This document shows positions 26,785-41,442 of a stretch of 64,000 bases of DNA, piece by piece (positions within the stretch are counted from its first letter, which is position 1; each line of letters opens with the position of its first letter). This stretch comes from Mytilus edulis (taxonomy: Eukaryota), in contig NC_092357.1 of NCBI RefSeq assembly GCF_963676685.1, positions 35,526,001 to 35,590,000 on the forward strand, written 5' to 3'. The translations under genes and the position numbers were made by a program. The notes under the pieces are model-generated. The model was not told the origin of the DNA and made no database searches. It was given only the letters and a program-made list of their open reading frames with translations.

Positions 26785-28741
26785 TCATATCAAAATATTT
26801 ATAAAGCCAAACAAGTACAAAGTTGAAGAGCATTGAGGATCCAAAATTCCAAAAAGTGGTCAATTGTTTGCAGCTGATATTCAATCTTTGTTAAACGTCA
26901 GCAGTGTCTAAGTAGAAAAAATTGTCTTTCATATTTGTAATGTTCTCTGTTTATGTGCTTTTTTGTGTTTCTTTGTATAATCTTTGCTTGTTTTATAGTG
27001 ATTAAGATTATAACAAAATGATGACTGCTGTACCAAAATGTTTACTTACATGTTCTATGTCTGTTTGTTTTGTTCACACATTGTTGTCAATATAATGTAA
27101 TTGTATATGAATGTCATAAGAGTAAGAATTTAAGCTAGCTATAAACCAGGTTTAATCATGTACCAACTCAGAAATATGGCTGTTGTTATTCATTCGTTTG
27201 ATTTGTTTAGGCTTTAGATTTTGTCATTTGATTAATTTTGATTATAAATAATAACTATTCATCGATATTAAAGTGTCAACAAATAAGGATCGATAAAGAT
27301 ACTATGTTTAAAAAAAAAGGGACTCACAAGACATCAGAGGGACAGTCAAACTTATAGATTGAAAATAAAATGACAACGCCAAAAATAAAAAAAAACCAAA
27401 CAGACAGACAGACTAATAATAGTACAGAAGATACAACATAGAAAACTAATGACTAACGAACATAAACCCCACCAAAAAAAGGGGGTGATATCAGGTACCC
27501 TGGAAGGTTAAGCTGATTCTGCTCCACGTCTGGCTCCAGTCATGTTACAATATAAGGAACATAACCGATATCATCTGTGAAACGGTTATTGCATAACGTT
27601 CAACCAACTCGTGATGTCGTCCGTTAAATTTACGAAGGGATGGTTTCAACTTCATCATTTGGAACTCTTGGTTTAATAGTTTCCTTGTAAGCAGCTATCT
27701 TCTACTAAGGAAAAACAACCCCGGTAGTATCGTATCAATTGGCAGATATATACTCCGTATGCAGGCGCTGCTGGAATGTTGCTAAAAAAAAATGAAAGTT
27801 CACAATTGGGAATCTGAAATCATTTCTTTTGTCGTAAAGTTTTGTTTTCAACCGACCTTCATTGTCAGTTTCTAGTTGTAGGTCAAGATATAAGGCTGAT
27901 TTTTCTGTATCTGTATCTGTAATATTCTTTATCTCTTGTTCGATGGGATAGATTCGTTCAACATAGGCAATAAGTTTTGTATTATTGAGTGAGAGAACAT
28001 CATCTATATAGCGGAACGTTAAGTTTAAGGATATTGCTAACCTCCTAAAAAATCCTAAAAAATCCAATATAAAGTCAGCCTCATTATAATAAAGAAACAA
28101 GAAGAGGCGCGCAATTGGTTCCCATTGGAGTTCGGACAATCTGTTAAAATACACGTCCTCCAACGAAACAAATATGTTGTCAATCATGAAATCAAGCATC
28201 TTGATAAAGTCAGTTTCCGATAATTTTTTGATGGAATCTTGTATTTGATTTTATGTACTCTAACATATTTTTTTTTTAGGAACCACATCAGATACACGCC
28301 ACCTCTAAAATAAGCAGTTTCTTAGTAATTTTAGAGCCCGGCTTCGATTGCTGATAAAAAAGATGCTGATAAATTTGAAAGAGGTTTCGTAGAGCAATTG
28401 GAAGACCCAACAATATACCGTTACTTCTAAGGACACTTATGTAGTTTAGGTATCCAATACAGTGATGGAACATCCAGTTCTTCATCTTTGGTTGAAAACC
28501 CAAAGGAACATAGATCAGACCTATGATTATCCAGGATTTCCTCTTTGGTAAGTATCGTGAGGGTATATGTTGAATTTCCAAGTGAATTGTCAATACCTAA
28601 TTCATTTATCAAACAGTTTATGTAATGATAATGATAACAACATATTTGTCATGGCGGTAGAACAAGTGTTTTGCAACAATGTACATGTAGGTTTTTAAAG
28701 ACATAGTGTAGGTAATGATTTAGTTTCATAATTAGTTTAAA

Positions 28742-28979
28742 CATATTTATTTATAGTGGATTGGGAAACAAGTTTTGTAACTTATATTAATCCCTTTCAA
28801 CTTTGCGGGTGCGAGTGCTGCCACGGGTCAGCCATTTATCGTCCCCTTCCGACGGACTATCATCGTTTCCTCAAGACCATACTCGCAAATGGTGCCAAGG
28901 GAGAGCCGAAAATTCAGTCCCTGAAACGGGAATCGAAACAGGAACATTTGCGTTAATAGTCCGATGCACTAACCACTAG
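28742..28979 (-). mobile_element. tRNA-derived SINE (second family)
   Basis: Minus strand TAGTGGTTAGTGCATCGGACTATTAAC...GTTTCGATTCCC (A/B boxes), then core GTCCGTCGGAAGGGGACGATAAA (possibly Meta/MESC-like) and an AAAT tail. Confidence 0.7.
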
Positions 28980-29248
28980 TTTCTTAATTCGGATTTGTAT
29001 CAACGACGTCACAGACTTAATCCATTCGGAAAGAGTATCTACGTCTTATTTCTTGCGTTTAGCCCGTTGCCTGGCATAATCCTCGACTGAGTCCATCAGT
29101 ATTTTGAATTTATATTTCAAATTAATGGATTTAGGCTCATGATATTTCGGACCTTTAGATAACAAATTTCGCAGGGAAGTGTTATTGACAATGTTGAGGT
29201 CTCCGTTAGTAACGTGGCCAGTCGGATTATATGTTAATTGGGAACTAG

Positions 29249-31673
29249 CACTACAAAAGTCAAAAAATCTGGAAAGATCAATTTTTGTCTGAATTTGCAT
29301 GAATTTTTACTTGATATTCTTTTTTTGTCTGAATTTTTTTTTTAAATTCTTAACATTGTATGAATTTGTCTAATAAGGTTTTTGATTTCTCTTGACAAAT
29401 GTCTTGACAGTATAAACATTGTTAAAAATATTCTCGAAACTTCCTGTTTCATCTGATAAGAGTCTTGATTAGTCTCGACCAATTCTTGACTGTCTCAAAT
29501 TTGTCTCGATAAGTCTTGACATATTCCTGACATACTTAATAATGTCTGAATATGTCATGACATATTCTTGACATGCTATATAAAGTCTGAATATGTCTCT
29601 ACACATTCTTGACAATCTGAAATTTGTCTGAATATATCTTGAAACATTCTTGATGGTCTGAAAGATGTTTACACTACCTCAACAGTGTTCATTTCGCCTG
29701 GAATGTGTAAAGACAAGTTCTGCACTGTTTATGACTTTCTATTGCTGTTATATACTCATTTTTATTATCGCTAAACTAAACTTTGAAGAATCAAGGATAA
29801 CTGTTGTATAATAAGATACCTTTAAATGCACCTTAGTGGGAAAACCCCGAATTACCCCAATGTAGTTTAATTTTCATTTATTCTTATTAAACGTTTAATT
29901 AACTGTTTTCACTTTGAATATATGTCAAAGTTACTGACAAACAGCATTTAGAATTTTGCCGTTCGAGAAACTGCCACTTAAATTTGCTTTACTAAAATGG
30001 GTGACTTGAGGTGGTTTCAAAATGTGACCATGACTCTTTTGTACCTCAAAATTCATCTTGTGCGTGTGTGTGTTTTCTCAAGAAATCATAGAACAATAAC
30101 AAATTGTTTAAATCAATAATGCATGTTTGTTTGAGATCCATTTCATAAGACCAATGATTTCTATAGAAATCATTGATGGGACCCTTTATAAATACAGTTT
30201 TCTATTATTTCCGGAGTAGATAATAATTTCTTTTTATCTTTTGGAAATTATTCAATTTGTTTTTATGTTTAAATAATTCACTTCATAATTATGATGAAGA
30301 AAAGCCATTTTTATTAATTTCAAAAATATTAAAATGATGATTTTCATTTTCATCATCTATCAACAAACTTTTTAAATTGTGGTGGCATGGTCTGTCAACT
30401 GGAAAGTTGCATGGCTGACTACAAGTAAAGGTGTTTACACCATTGATTTTCCCCTATTAGTTTTTGTTAAATTGGCATTTTTTTTTAAATGTACAGTATT
30501 TACCTTTATTTCAACTAAAGAAATACTTTGCATGAATAAAGTTTCATCCTTTCCAGTGCTACAGTGAAAATTTCACACAACATTTCATTGCATATAAGAA
30601 AGTAACCATCACTGGAAGTAAACAACCCAAATTTTACACTGTTATTTAATGGTTACCTGCTTTGGTAACTATGTAACGTTAACTTTCCAAAATATTTTAT
30701 ATAAGACCATCAAATAAAACAAGAATGATGCTTTCAAACACCCAACATACATGTTTATGACTCAGAAACATTGACGTGCATTGAAACGCAGGGTTAATTT
30801 TTTACAACTGTCAAATTCAAGGGAATATTTTTTTAGACCTACTTTCGTATACAACCGGATGTGACGTACCATGATTTGGTGGTATTACACCTAAAGCATA
30901 AATTTCAATATAACAGTTGCGTGTTCCCTAGGGTGTGGAATACCTTAATTTTATGGGGAATATCCTTTCCACGTGTAATACATAATAAATATTGCAAAAG
31001 ATGACATTATACAAATTTTCTTCATTTAAATCAAGGATTAGTACAGTAAGACTATACAAATCCTTGATAGAATTAAGATACCATCATACTTTGCTATTTA
31101 TAAAAAACACGTTTTAGTACAATAATTATTTAACATATTAACATTGAATATAATGAGTGTAGAATGAAATATATCTACAGTATGATTGGTTTTAATCATT
31201 TAGCAATGATTTAAAAGATTAAGAAATCAATATAGATTTCATAGCAATATTTGTATTAATTTTTGTAAAAATATTTATATACCCAGAATTCAAGTATTTT
31301 ACATGCCCCACTTTTTTTTGTTGTTGTAAAAAGTGGAACTTGGTCATGATTTGTAAAAATCAAAATTGTCAAGTAAATTTAGGACACAATTCAAAATGTT
31401 CAGGAGATGTCAATCTATGCTGAGTTAAAAAAAAAAGATAAGAATGTCGAGTAATTTCAAGACAGTATTCAAATGTCAAGAAATTGTCAAGAAATTTTAA
31501 AACCATACTCTGAATGTCGAGAGTTGGTCGAGTAAATTTCATACAAATTTGATATAAATGAGAATTTGTCAAGAGAAATTAAGACAGAAGTCATTCTTTG
31601 GAGAATGTTGAGTAAAAATTCATGCAAATTAAGACAAAAATTTGTCTTTTCAGACTTTTAGACTTTTGTAGTG
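29249..31673. mobile_element. Non-autonomous CACTA (CMC/EnSpm) element, 2425 bp
   Basis: CACTACAAAAGTC ... GACTTTTGTAGTG termini, ~70-bp imperfect TIRs, TCTTGAC/GTCAAGA subterminal arrays, 3-bp TSD TAG/TAT. Confidence 0.85.
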
Positions 31674-34600
31674 TATCACAGGTGCAATCAGGAGGTGAAG
31701 TCGTCAGTGTTGATATCCTGCAAAACGTGTTTGTAATTGAAATTTGTAGTTGCAATAGGTATAAGAAATTAGGCCAGACTGGTATTTAAAATACGGACTG
31801 AACTAATTTAGGATGAAGGATATTGGCTAAGTTGACGCCATCGAAACCTTTGTCTTTTTCATCTTTTCCAATGCGAACTCTGGTTTACTTTATTTAAGAC
31901 CTTTACAAAATTATCAGATTGTAAAGCTAATGATTAACACTCTAAGACAACAAGATAAGCAGACTTTTGACTTAATAATTAACACGTCAAGGAAACTGCA
32001 TTAACTGGCGTAATATGATTTTTAGTTAGAAATAAAAGAAGTGAGGAAAGACTAAATGATCATTTAAAATAAAAAGGAAAAATATTTTCAAAACTGCATA
32101 CAATTAATTTACAACAAAATAGAACGATTATCTTTAAAACGTATACAATTGATTTGCAAACAGAAAATTATGCTTACTGTTGGTTGTCTAAATATCAGGG
32201 ATCAAGTAATTTTCTTATGATGAAATAAGATAATTCGATTAGGAAGTCAAACGAACGTAACACATACAAAAAAAAACAAAAACAAACACACATCACATTC
32301 AAATATACCACATTTTGCAAAAGCATTACTCAAAAAGTAAGAGAAGGAATCAATCATTCATGGAAACTAAGAATTAATTTCTATTTAGATATTATGATAT
32401 TATCTTAGATTAATTAAAATGCTACATCTATATAGATTTCAATAGAAAGCTTAGCTTTCCTGTTCATTTACTGCAACTGTTTAAAGCGAAGTAATACAGC
32501 AAATTATATCCTCAAATATTGCAGAATCACCCAAATAATCAAGACAAATGTTAAACCAGTAAAAGTCGGATTTGATAAGGTTTGTATCATATGAATTTAG
32601 ATAAGACAATGTAAATAATATACTAGTACTTTAAATTCAAAATTGATAACAAATACTCCATAAGATCAGGACAGGTCGAATTTATTCGACAAAAAGACTG
32701 CTTAAATTTATTTTTTAAACATTGACTTTCTATTATCTTAATCAACATTCAAGTAACAAATGATTAGATAGAGAGTATGCAATACACTCTAGCTGATGTT
32801 TAACAACGTATATGTTAGAGGCATTTTTTTCTTTTCTAAATACACCACAATTTATTTATGTATTTGGATGCGAACAAGAATGCTTCGGAAAGTATTTTGG
32901 AACAATAACTATAAACCAAAATTTACTTACCAATATTTCTTAATCTAAAAATATTTCTAATAAACTCATCATATATAAGAAGTTAAGTAAAAGAAATAAA
33001 TTGAGAATGGAAATGAGGAATGTATCAAAGAGACAATAACCCGACTAACAAAATGTATGAAAGAATGTTTTCAATATTTTAGTTCTATTTTGATACTGTA
33101 GTACTGTGGTCTCCTGGTATTTGTGATGACTCATACAAAAGTGACTGCATCGGTTTGCATTCAAACGGACTGTGTTCCTTCTTGGACATTTGCATTAATC
33201 CTTCCTTTGTCGACATTAATGAAACAATAACTGAAAAATGAAAACAGATTTATGTACCGAAAAATTTGATCTATACACCTTTTTTTACATAATTATAGAA
33301 TAAAACAGATAGATATAATACCGTCAAACATGCAACAAAGTCCACCTCTATTGAGCAAAAACCTATCCTAGTCAAGCTGTGATGATAATAAGGCACCAAG
33401 AATCTAAATTTAAATGTCACTTATATCATAAAGTCAGTCGTATATGCCCCAAATGTTGACCTTTACATGCTGGTTTAACTTGATAAGAATGTATGTCACA
33501 ATAAATAATAAATTGATATCATCTATAAAAAAAAAGATGTGATATGATTGCACATGAGACAACTCTCCACTAGAAACCAAAACGACACAGAAATTAACAA
33601 CTTTATGTGCCCATCCACTTTGATTTGTATCTGTCTTGTTATTTATGCAGGAAATGAAATCAGGACAAAAATGATAAACTATGAATAAAGATATAACCAG
33701 GATTCATTGATACACGTACATATACGTAAGCTTTGGTCAAGTATAATATTTTGAAAAGTATTTAAATCTAAACAGAATTTATAAGTATTAAAGGATTTAA
33801 CAAGTGTAGCAAGTATTTAAACAGAAAATTAATTTATACGAAAAGGAACATACATCGAAATAATCGAAGTTAATATTACCTTTAGCAATACAGGGGAATA
33901 GAAAACAACTTTTTTGTCTACGATGCGTATGCTCTTAAAGTGCTTGCTTATTATTTAAATATATGGTTAATAAATATCAAGAGTATCACAAATTTCTTTT
34001 GGTGGCTATTGCATATTGAATATTTAAGTTATCTACCTCTAGGCGTAATTTAAAAAAGATTAAACATATTGAAGGTATTGCAAACGCCCTAGTCCTTTTC
34101 TCGGTATCTTCGTCAAATTTTAATATAAAAACGCGAGACTTGACGCCCTCACTACAAATCGAAGATGACATTTTTCTTGGAATTTTTATCATCATTCTTC
34201 ATTATCGTTTATTTAAGACCTATGCCGTTTGATGAAATAAGTTCAGTTCTTAGTCATTATACTTTTTACAATTGTTATACGATGATGACTGATGTACCCA
34301 TATTTTGACTATTTTATTTATTGTGTCTGTTTATTTAACGCATCAACGTAAATATAACGAATTTGATGAGACATTAACGCTTCATTTGAAATTCAATTTA
34401 GCACAATAAGTTTTTGATTCGCATTTAAAGATAAATAACACAGCTGGCATCCCTTGGCGAACCAACACGTCCACACACACAAAAAGATGTTCTCGACGTT
34501 CGATGTCACTGTTTCTTACATATAAATATTATCTTTTTTCAGATCGTTATGAAATGTCTGAATAAGGTTCTGATATAAGAAGGTGATTCCACTTTTTTTT

Positions 34601-36947
34601 GCGATGTTCAGAAAATACTGGTCGAGGATTTCTGCTGACATCGATCCATTTGTTCAGAACTGGATACACTTCTTGTTTTAGGCGCTTCTGACATAGTACA
34701 TAGTGGAGTTTATAAAAAACACACTTGTAAAAAAATTTGAATTTTAATACAGCTCATATTGAATATTATGGGGGTTTCTTTGGCACTTTGTAAATAAAAA
34801 TGTCTTGTGTAATTCAGAATTAAGATCTTAAAATACCTATTTTTGTCTCAAATTTCATAATCGAATAATATATCAGCACACACATTTCACCACAGGTTAT
34901 TTCTTTAGCAACATACGGGTATATACATGTAGATAGTAAACAGATAATTAAAAGGATCAGGATTAAAACTTTGTGTTGACTATAATTGACTGTACTCGGT
35001 TGTGAAATGTTCTTCACCATGTCATTTCACAACAAAAATTACAAAGTGTGAATTTCATTGGTAAACATCATGGCAACCAAAACGTACATGTAACTTCACC
35101 GTCGTCTTTTCCACTTACTAATGTATTGTACTTGCATGAGAAACATACCGGATGTGACGTGTGAAGCAGGGTCTTCTAACCCTTTCGAAGCACATTATAT
35201 CACTTTCAGTTCATGTTGCTCATTCTTCAGTTTTCTATGTTTTGTTTACATTTTTTTTTATAGTGATTGAGATAATAACACAACGTTAAATGTTATATCC
35301 CTATTTGACAATTTTATTTTTTGAGTCTGTTTGTTTTGTTCGCGCATCGTTGTCCATGTAATAGAATTGAATGCGACTGTCATAGAAGTGAGATGTTAAG
35401 CTAGCAACAAAACCAGCTTAAAGCCACCATTTTTTACATTAGAAAATGCCTGTACCAAGTCAGGTATATAACAGTTGTGGTCCATTCGTTTAATGTGTTT
35501 GATGTGTTTGAGCTTTTGATTTTGCCACTTGATTAGGGACTTTCCTTTTTTTAATTTTTCTTGGGAGTTTTTTTGTTTTACTGTGTTGTATGCTGTTGTT
35601 TGTCGGTTGATTGGTTTTGCTTTTTGTCATGGCATTGTCGGTTTGTAACGACTTAAGAGTTTGAATATCATTTTAGTGTCTTCAACCTTTCTTGTAATCT
35701 ATAAACCTGTTGTCTTGTTTCATCTGTCAACACAGTTGTACATTATTGTATCAAAATAAAAATAAACTAAAAGTTATTTACTAAGAGTTAGAATAGAGTT
35801 ACTTCCCTTTGCCCACAAAAGCCTCTTTTTGGTCTTAATTTATCGGAACTTACAAACAAGTTGTTTGACGTTAGAATTTCACTTTTTTCAATTATTTTTG
35901 TGAATAAAAGTATAAAAGGGTATCATTTTTTATTACTTCTTACTTATTTCTATCTCTGTCATTTTTTGAAGTAAAACTATTTTTCTTAAATTAAGACAAA
36001 CTTATTTTATTACTTCTGATTATTTTTTCCTTCTCGCTAAACATTTCTTTATTTTATTAAGCATGGTTACAGGAGATATTAGTTTGTTAATTGCATGCAC
36101 TTGAAAATTAAAAAAAAAAAAATTTTATTTTGTAGGGACCTTTAATAACTGACTATACAGTATTGGTTTTTCTTATTGTTGAAGGCCGTAAAGTTGTTTA
36201 TTATCGCTTTCAGTCAATTCATTTCAAATTTGGTGGAAAGTAGTTTCATTGGAAATTATACCACATCTCCTTACTTTTATATTTTGTTCATTGCTGAAAA
36301 CTATTTTTGTGTGTAACCAAATGAATGCACATATCTATCAGATTATGCTATACTTTTTTTATAGGAAATAATGACTTTTTCTTAGATAAAACAATTTTGC
36401 TTTTTAGGGGAAAATATAAACGCTATTTCAGTCCAAATAGATTTGATAACTGCATCCGTGCATCCTCTTTTAATATAAGCTGCATGGTTTCCAGGCGATA
36501 ATGAAGGCATATCTGATACGGAATCGTCTAAACCAGTTAATTTTACGAAGTTGCAAGAACGTTGATTCAATAAATACCGAATGTTGTCTTTAGTCTACAT
36601 ATTAATACATATTAATACATATTTATTATATTAAGATTGATTTATCAAGTTATTAGTTATGACATTTGTAACAGATTGTTTGATTTACCAAATACTTGAA
36701 AGAAAATATTCGCATGTTGACACACATTTCTAGATCTATAAATATTTGTTATTTGTTGTAAAACGGTTATGTCATCGAACTTTATGAGTACAAACAAGAC
36801 TAAAAGATTTAAAATGACTATTTGGTTCATGCATACTTTCCGGTGTAAATCTGCGATTAAACGTTTTGAAATAAGCATTATTTTCTTATCTCTGCCACTT
36901 TGAATCAATATTAGAATCAATCGGAATTTATATAAAAGACACTACCT

Positions 36948-37478
36948 ATTCTGACATCAGACTTGGACTTCTCTTAAACTGGGTTTTACTCGGCGTTTTC
37001 CTGAATATTGGTTTATTCTATATTAGTTTGAGGTATAGAGGGAACATGCTTCCGACTGTCCCAAGACGGGAGACTCTTGCTTTTGTAAAATTGAGAAGGG
37101 AAATGGGGAATGTGTCAAAGCAACGACAACCTGCAATAGAGCAGACAACAGCCGAAGGCCACCAATGGGTCTTCAATGTAGCGAGAAACTCACGTACCCG
37201 TATGCGTCCTTTAGCTGGCCCCTTAAAAAATATGTATACTAGTATAGTGATAATGGACGTCATACTAGACTCCGAATTATACACAAGAAACTAAAATTAA
37301 AAATCATACAAGACTAACAAAGGCCAGAGGCTCCTGACTTGGGACAGGCGCAAAATTGCGGCGGGGTTAAACGTGTTTATGAGATCTCAACCCTCTCCCT
37401 ATACCTCTAGCCAATGTAGAAAAGTAAACGCATAACAATACGCACATTAAAATTCAGTTCAAGAGAAGTCCGAGTCCG
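36948..37478. repeat. PLE-associated repeat pieces in inverted arrangement
   Basis: 36950-36985 is the reverse complement of the CAGTTCAAGAGAAGTCCGAGTC segment ending the 37088-37478 copy. Confidence 0.65.
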
Positions 37479-37849
37479 TAAGTCTTGTATGTTGTTTTTA
37501 TTTTGTTATTTTAGTTCATTTATTTGTTTTGGAGTTTAGTTCAGCTTTTTATTACTTTAGTTTGAAACTGTTTTGTACGAGCTTTCAGTAACTGTGGGGG
37601 TACAATAAGATCGTCTTTTTAGTTTATTTCTCGTTTTGTTATTTTTGTTGTTGTGCTTCGTGCCGAATAAGCCAAATTGAAGCATTTATACCAATTTATT
37701 TGTAATTGTTTGCTTTTTTTTTTCGCTCACCAATTACAAAAGGAATTGGTTGGGATAAATCATAAAACGGATCAAATCAAACCTTTCGGCATTGATAATG
37801 TGGTACAAATGTATAATCACTTGTTCATAAACATCAATTTCTGAAAACG

Positions 37850-38172
37850 TTAATTCTAATGCAACAACGTTTGTAACGTTCATTCTGATTGGATAACGTC
37901 ACTTTCTTACATGGCAACAATTGACAATTGATGCTATGGGACGTACGCGCAAGCGCAGACGGCATATGACAGATTTTAAATACATGTTTTAACGTTGTTT
38001 TCTGTCAGTTTCATTAGAATGGAGATAACAATATTGTATTTTAAGCTCCGACGGCATCAATTTGGGATTTGATGGTCGCAAATACCCGCGTCGCCAGTAA
38101 ACTTAATTTGCGACCATCAAATCCCCAATTGATGCCATCGGTGCTTAAAAGTACAATACAGTTATCTCCTAA
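37850..38172 (+). mobile_element. Complete short-IR plus hairpin element (Crypton-like)
   Basis: TTAA-TTCTAATG ... TTCTGATTGG ... CATTAGAA-T-GGAGATAAC [150-bp hairpin] GTTATCTCC-TAA. Confidence 0.65.
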
Positions 38173-38519
38173 GTTGAAGGTTCAAGATACGACGAATTAT
38201 TAAAATAAAAAAAAACGATTGAAGGACTTGTTGAAATTTACAAACATGTGAAAAACATTTTCGTCGTTTCGTTTTTTCTATGGCAATATGAATTTTGTTT
38301 TCAACTTACGAGTTGTTTGAATATCCCTTTGGTATCTTTCTTCTCTTTTTCCCTTAACATTAAAATATTCTAGTACATTTCATTTTTCATTTGTCACTTA
38401 AAGCTTGCTGGATGTATCAATAAAGGCAAGAGTCTGTTTCGAAAGAGCGATTTGCGTGACCCGTAAATTCAGCAGTAATTGTTCAATGATATATACACAC
38501 ACGTACAAGGCGATGTGGC

Positions 38520-38527
38520 TATATAAA
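38520..38527 (+). promoter_or_regulatory. Candidate TATA box of the Ig/C-type lectin gene
   Basis: TATATAAA about 80 bp upstream of a consensus donor (TCG|GTGAGT at 38607/38608); this would define a short non-coding first exon of about 38550-38607. Confidence 0.45.
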
Positions 38528-38549
38528 TCAAATGTGCTATCAACTAGAT

Positions 38550-38607
38550 AAGATATTGACGATGACCCAGTTCTAAAATCATTAAATACGTATTCTTCTA
38601 TATATCG
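38550..38607 (+). other. Putative non-coding exon 1 (5' UTR) of the Ig/C-type lectin gene
   Basis: Ends at a GTGAGT donor. The ATG-bearing exon starts with a strong acceptor (ttttttttcag|G at 40599/40600), so an upstream exon is expected. Start position is approximate. Confidence 0.4.
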
Positions 38608-38754
38608 GTGAGTACCGTTTTAAATACACTTCACGTTTAACCATACATTTTATCTATGAGCTTTTCAACGTTCTATATTTAAGGCGTAACGAACTTTAGA
38701 TTTAGCTTACACAAAGAATACATAAATGAGGAAATATAACTACATTATAACATG

Positions 38755-38955
38755 TTCTAGCCTGCCAATACTGAGGCTATACCAGGTGCGTTCGTCTCAA
38801 ATTTTAATTGTCTAGAATTGCCAGTCTTACTGCCAAAGGTTGGTGGTTCTCTATGGGTTTTCAAGCTTCCTCCACCCCATTAAAACGGGTTAAAACGATA
38901 AAGCCAAGAATGTTGAAAGTGGCATTGAACACCCACAACCTATCAATAAATAAAC
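38755..38955 (+). mobile_element. Degenerate V-type SINE fragment
   Basis: GGTGGTTCTCTATGGG...GCTTCCTCCACC...GTTGAAAGTGGCATT, similar to the 23110-23375 element. Confidence 0.55.
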
Positions 38956-40618
38956 GTATTTAAGAAATTGTATATTTATTTACAAAACCACTATTCTTTA
39001 ATACAATATCCATATTATGCTAGTTTAAACTCAGTCAAATGCTGTGTCCACGCTATCCAAACAACGAAGCTGCGCGTACTAGACGCAGAACATTTATTTC
39101 AGTTAGTTTGATTTAAACTGGAGAGAATTTTGGCAAACAGTTTATGCTTTCATTACCTTTATACATTAAAGCTGCAAGTTAACCTTAATCATATTTTTTA
39201 GATCCGACTAATTAAACTATAGAGATCAACCCGTACAATGTAATTGTTTAATTTTTTTTTTCTTGTTATCCAAAACCCAATAAAGTTATGTTATATACTA
39301 TTTATCCTTACTCTCTCGATTTCTTGAATGAATTCGAATTTGTTTATACCTCAATGTTGTATTTGTCCAACAATTGTTAATCCTGCTTCAATAAAGATGC
39401 AAACAGGATAATGCTCGTTTCAAAGAACATGTAAATTATCCAGTCGTTCACTCAACCAGTCTAAAAGGAAAGATTGGTTAGTAGATAGCTCCATTGTATT
39501 TGAGTTCCTCTTTCTTAACCCTTTCCAATCGATGACGATGACTTTCTCTATTTCTAACTGGTAGATGACGACTTTGGCATTCGCCAAAACCGCTTGAAGC
39601 CATACTCCGGTCGTCTCCTGACAAAATATGAAATAATTGTATCATACAAGATCTCTGGTGCCAGTTTGCACAATATTTTTATGCTAAAAAATTGAAGACA
39701 TATTTTTTTTCATTTTGTCCGAATCACCAGAAAAAAATACTGAACCAAATTCTTCACAAACCACTCTCTTTTTGTCTTTGGGTGGATCAATTTTTTTGGC
39801 AGATATAGGATATTCATTGTACAGTCTTATAACTCCGAAGCATTAAACAACGAGTATTTGCAGAGTCTCCTTCTTTTGCAACTGAGTAATGATAGTTGCT
39901 CTTACACAGAGTAGGTAACCGGCCAAACATGATACATACTTTAGGTATTTTACCTCATTTCATGGGAAAGTTATCAAAGTTAAGCAGAAGGTCAAATTCA
40001 TTTGTTGTAAACATTTGGAAGATCAACATATCTGTTTTGTTGATTTCACATGAACTTGATTTAATTTTTATGGTTTATTGGTCATTTTAATTTTTTTGGT
40101 TATCCTTTTGCAAACATGTTCTCTTTGCCTGTCTTTGTATTAATGTTTAAGATTTCAATGAGCACAATCTATGTATATTAACTGATAGATTATAAAGCCG
40201 GGGATTTTCAACTCATAAATTACTAATACATGTAGTTCTTAATTTATTCTTTCAAAGATACAAACATTTGTTTTGAAGTTTGCTTTACCTGAAGAATTCT
40301 TATAAAAAGCAAGTTATAACCGTTCTTATTTTACTCAATAGACTAAACAAGCATTTTAAAAACAACGTTTTTCTCCATATTTTACTGATAAATGAATCTC
40401 TTTTTGCAGTTAACATTTAGTTAGAGCTGGTCAATCATTATTTCATTTCTATTATTTAGACAACATCTTACTATTTCACATTACTCTGAAAACCTGCCAG
40501 TTTTTCTCTTGTTAGTGCATGTGTATTGTACATTTCCACTTTAATACTAAATGCATTTTTCAATAGCTACAGAAATTTGTATTTTTTGCTTTTTTTCAGG
40601 TCCTCAAATCACTGGAAC

Positions 40619-40697
40619 ATGTTTTTTCTCTCAGTCTTTCGTGCTTTGTTATTTACGATATTGTACCAGCAATTTCCTGTAGTTGTATACTCTCAAA
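40619..40697 (+). CDS. Ig-Ig-CTLD lectin (CREP/VIgL-like), coding exon 1: signal peptide MFFLSVFRALLFTILYQQFPVVVYSQ
   Basis: Acceptor at 40599, ATG at 40619, hydrophobic N-terminus ending VYS-Q, perfect phase-1 donor AAA|GTAAGT. Confidence 0.85.
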
Positions 40698-41442
40698 GTA
40701 AGTTTCGAACATAAAAAATGATATAATTAATATGTATAGTTAATTTCCATTGCTCCTTTTTCTTCTTTTGTCAAATGAGGAATGACCATGATATTACTTG
40801 TCCTGGCGAAAAAACCATCAGTCCAAATTGCTCAAGTTATTTCTGTACTTTATGAACAAAGATAATTTTTATTATGTTAAGTTTTGCATTTCCACGATGT
40901 AATACCCAAAAGGTTCCCAAATGTAAGCAAAATTGCCCATATTAATTCTTGGAGCGATAGTATTCTTTTTGAAATCATTGTTTGCGTATGAATACAGAAT
41001 TTGGTTATTTTTTTACCAACAAAACTTTCTCTCAAATGTATAAGTGGCTAAACACAATAAAAACTAGCTAAATATTGTCTTGCTTTTCTTGCTTTTCTTA
41101 TTTGTTTGAGATTTAAAAATCAATGATATCTAAGATGTATCGTCGTGTGTTGTCTTCAGACGTTGTTGGCTGTCGTTGTCGATGTCTTCTTTGCACAAAT
41201 CGACGGAACCTATTAGGCAAATTGGAACATCGTCATTGTAGTACATTTCATCTTGTTTAACAAACTTGTCAGATTATCCCATCTACCAACCAACAGTGAC
41301 TACACAAACAACGATAGACGAGAAGATTAATAAATAAGTCAGCTCTGCTATATTTAATCGTTGATTCCTCAAAGGAGTTTAGAACTTAAATGATGTTTAA
41401 GAGATTTCCCTTTTAAAAAAATGTTTCCATTTGTTATTTCAG

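Larger units (their letters stand above)
27330..31900 (-). mobile_element. Fragmented Penelope-like (Naiad-type) retroelement, interrupted by a SINE and a CACTA element
   Basis: IDNIFV, TFRYIDDVLSLNN, YLDL, KLYDKRNDFRFPIVNF (27735-28199); PSLYWIPKLHKCP (28427-28612); LLSKGPKYHEP (29046-29248); continuation at 31674-31900. Confidence 0.85.

Noticed and set aside
36340-40120. Very degenerate minus-strand LINE remnants (AAYIKRG near 36470; 39350-40120)
   Set aside because: Only faint motif resemblance; no frame could be reconstructed.
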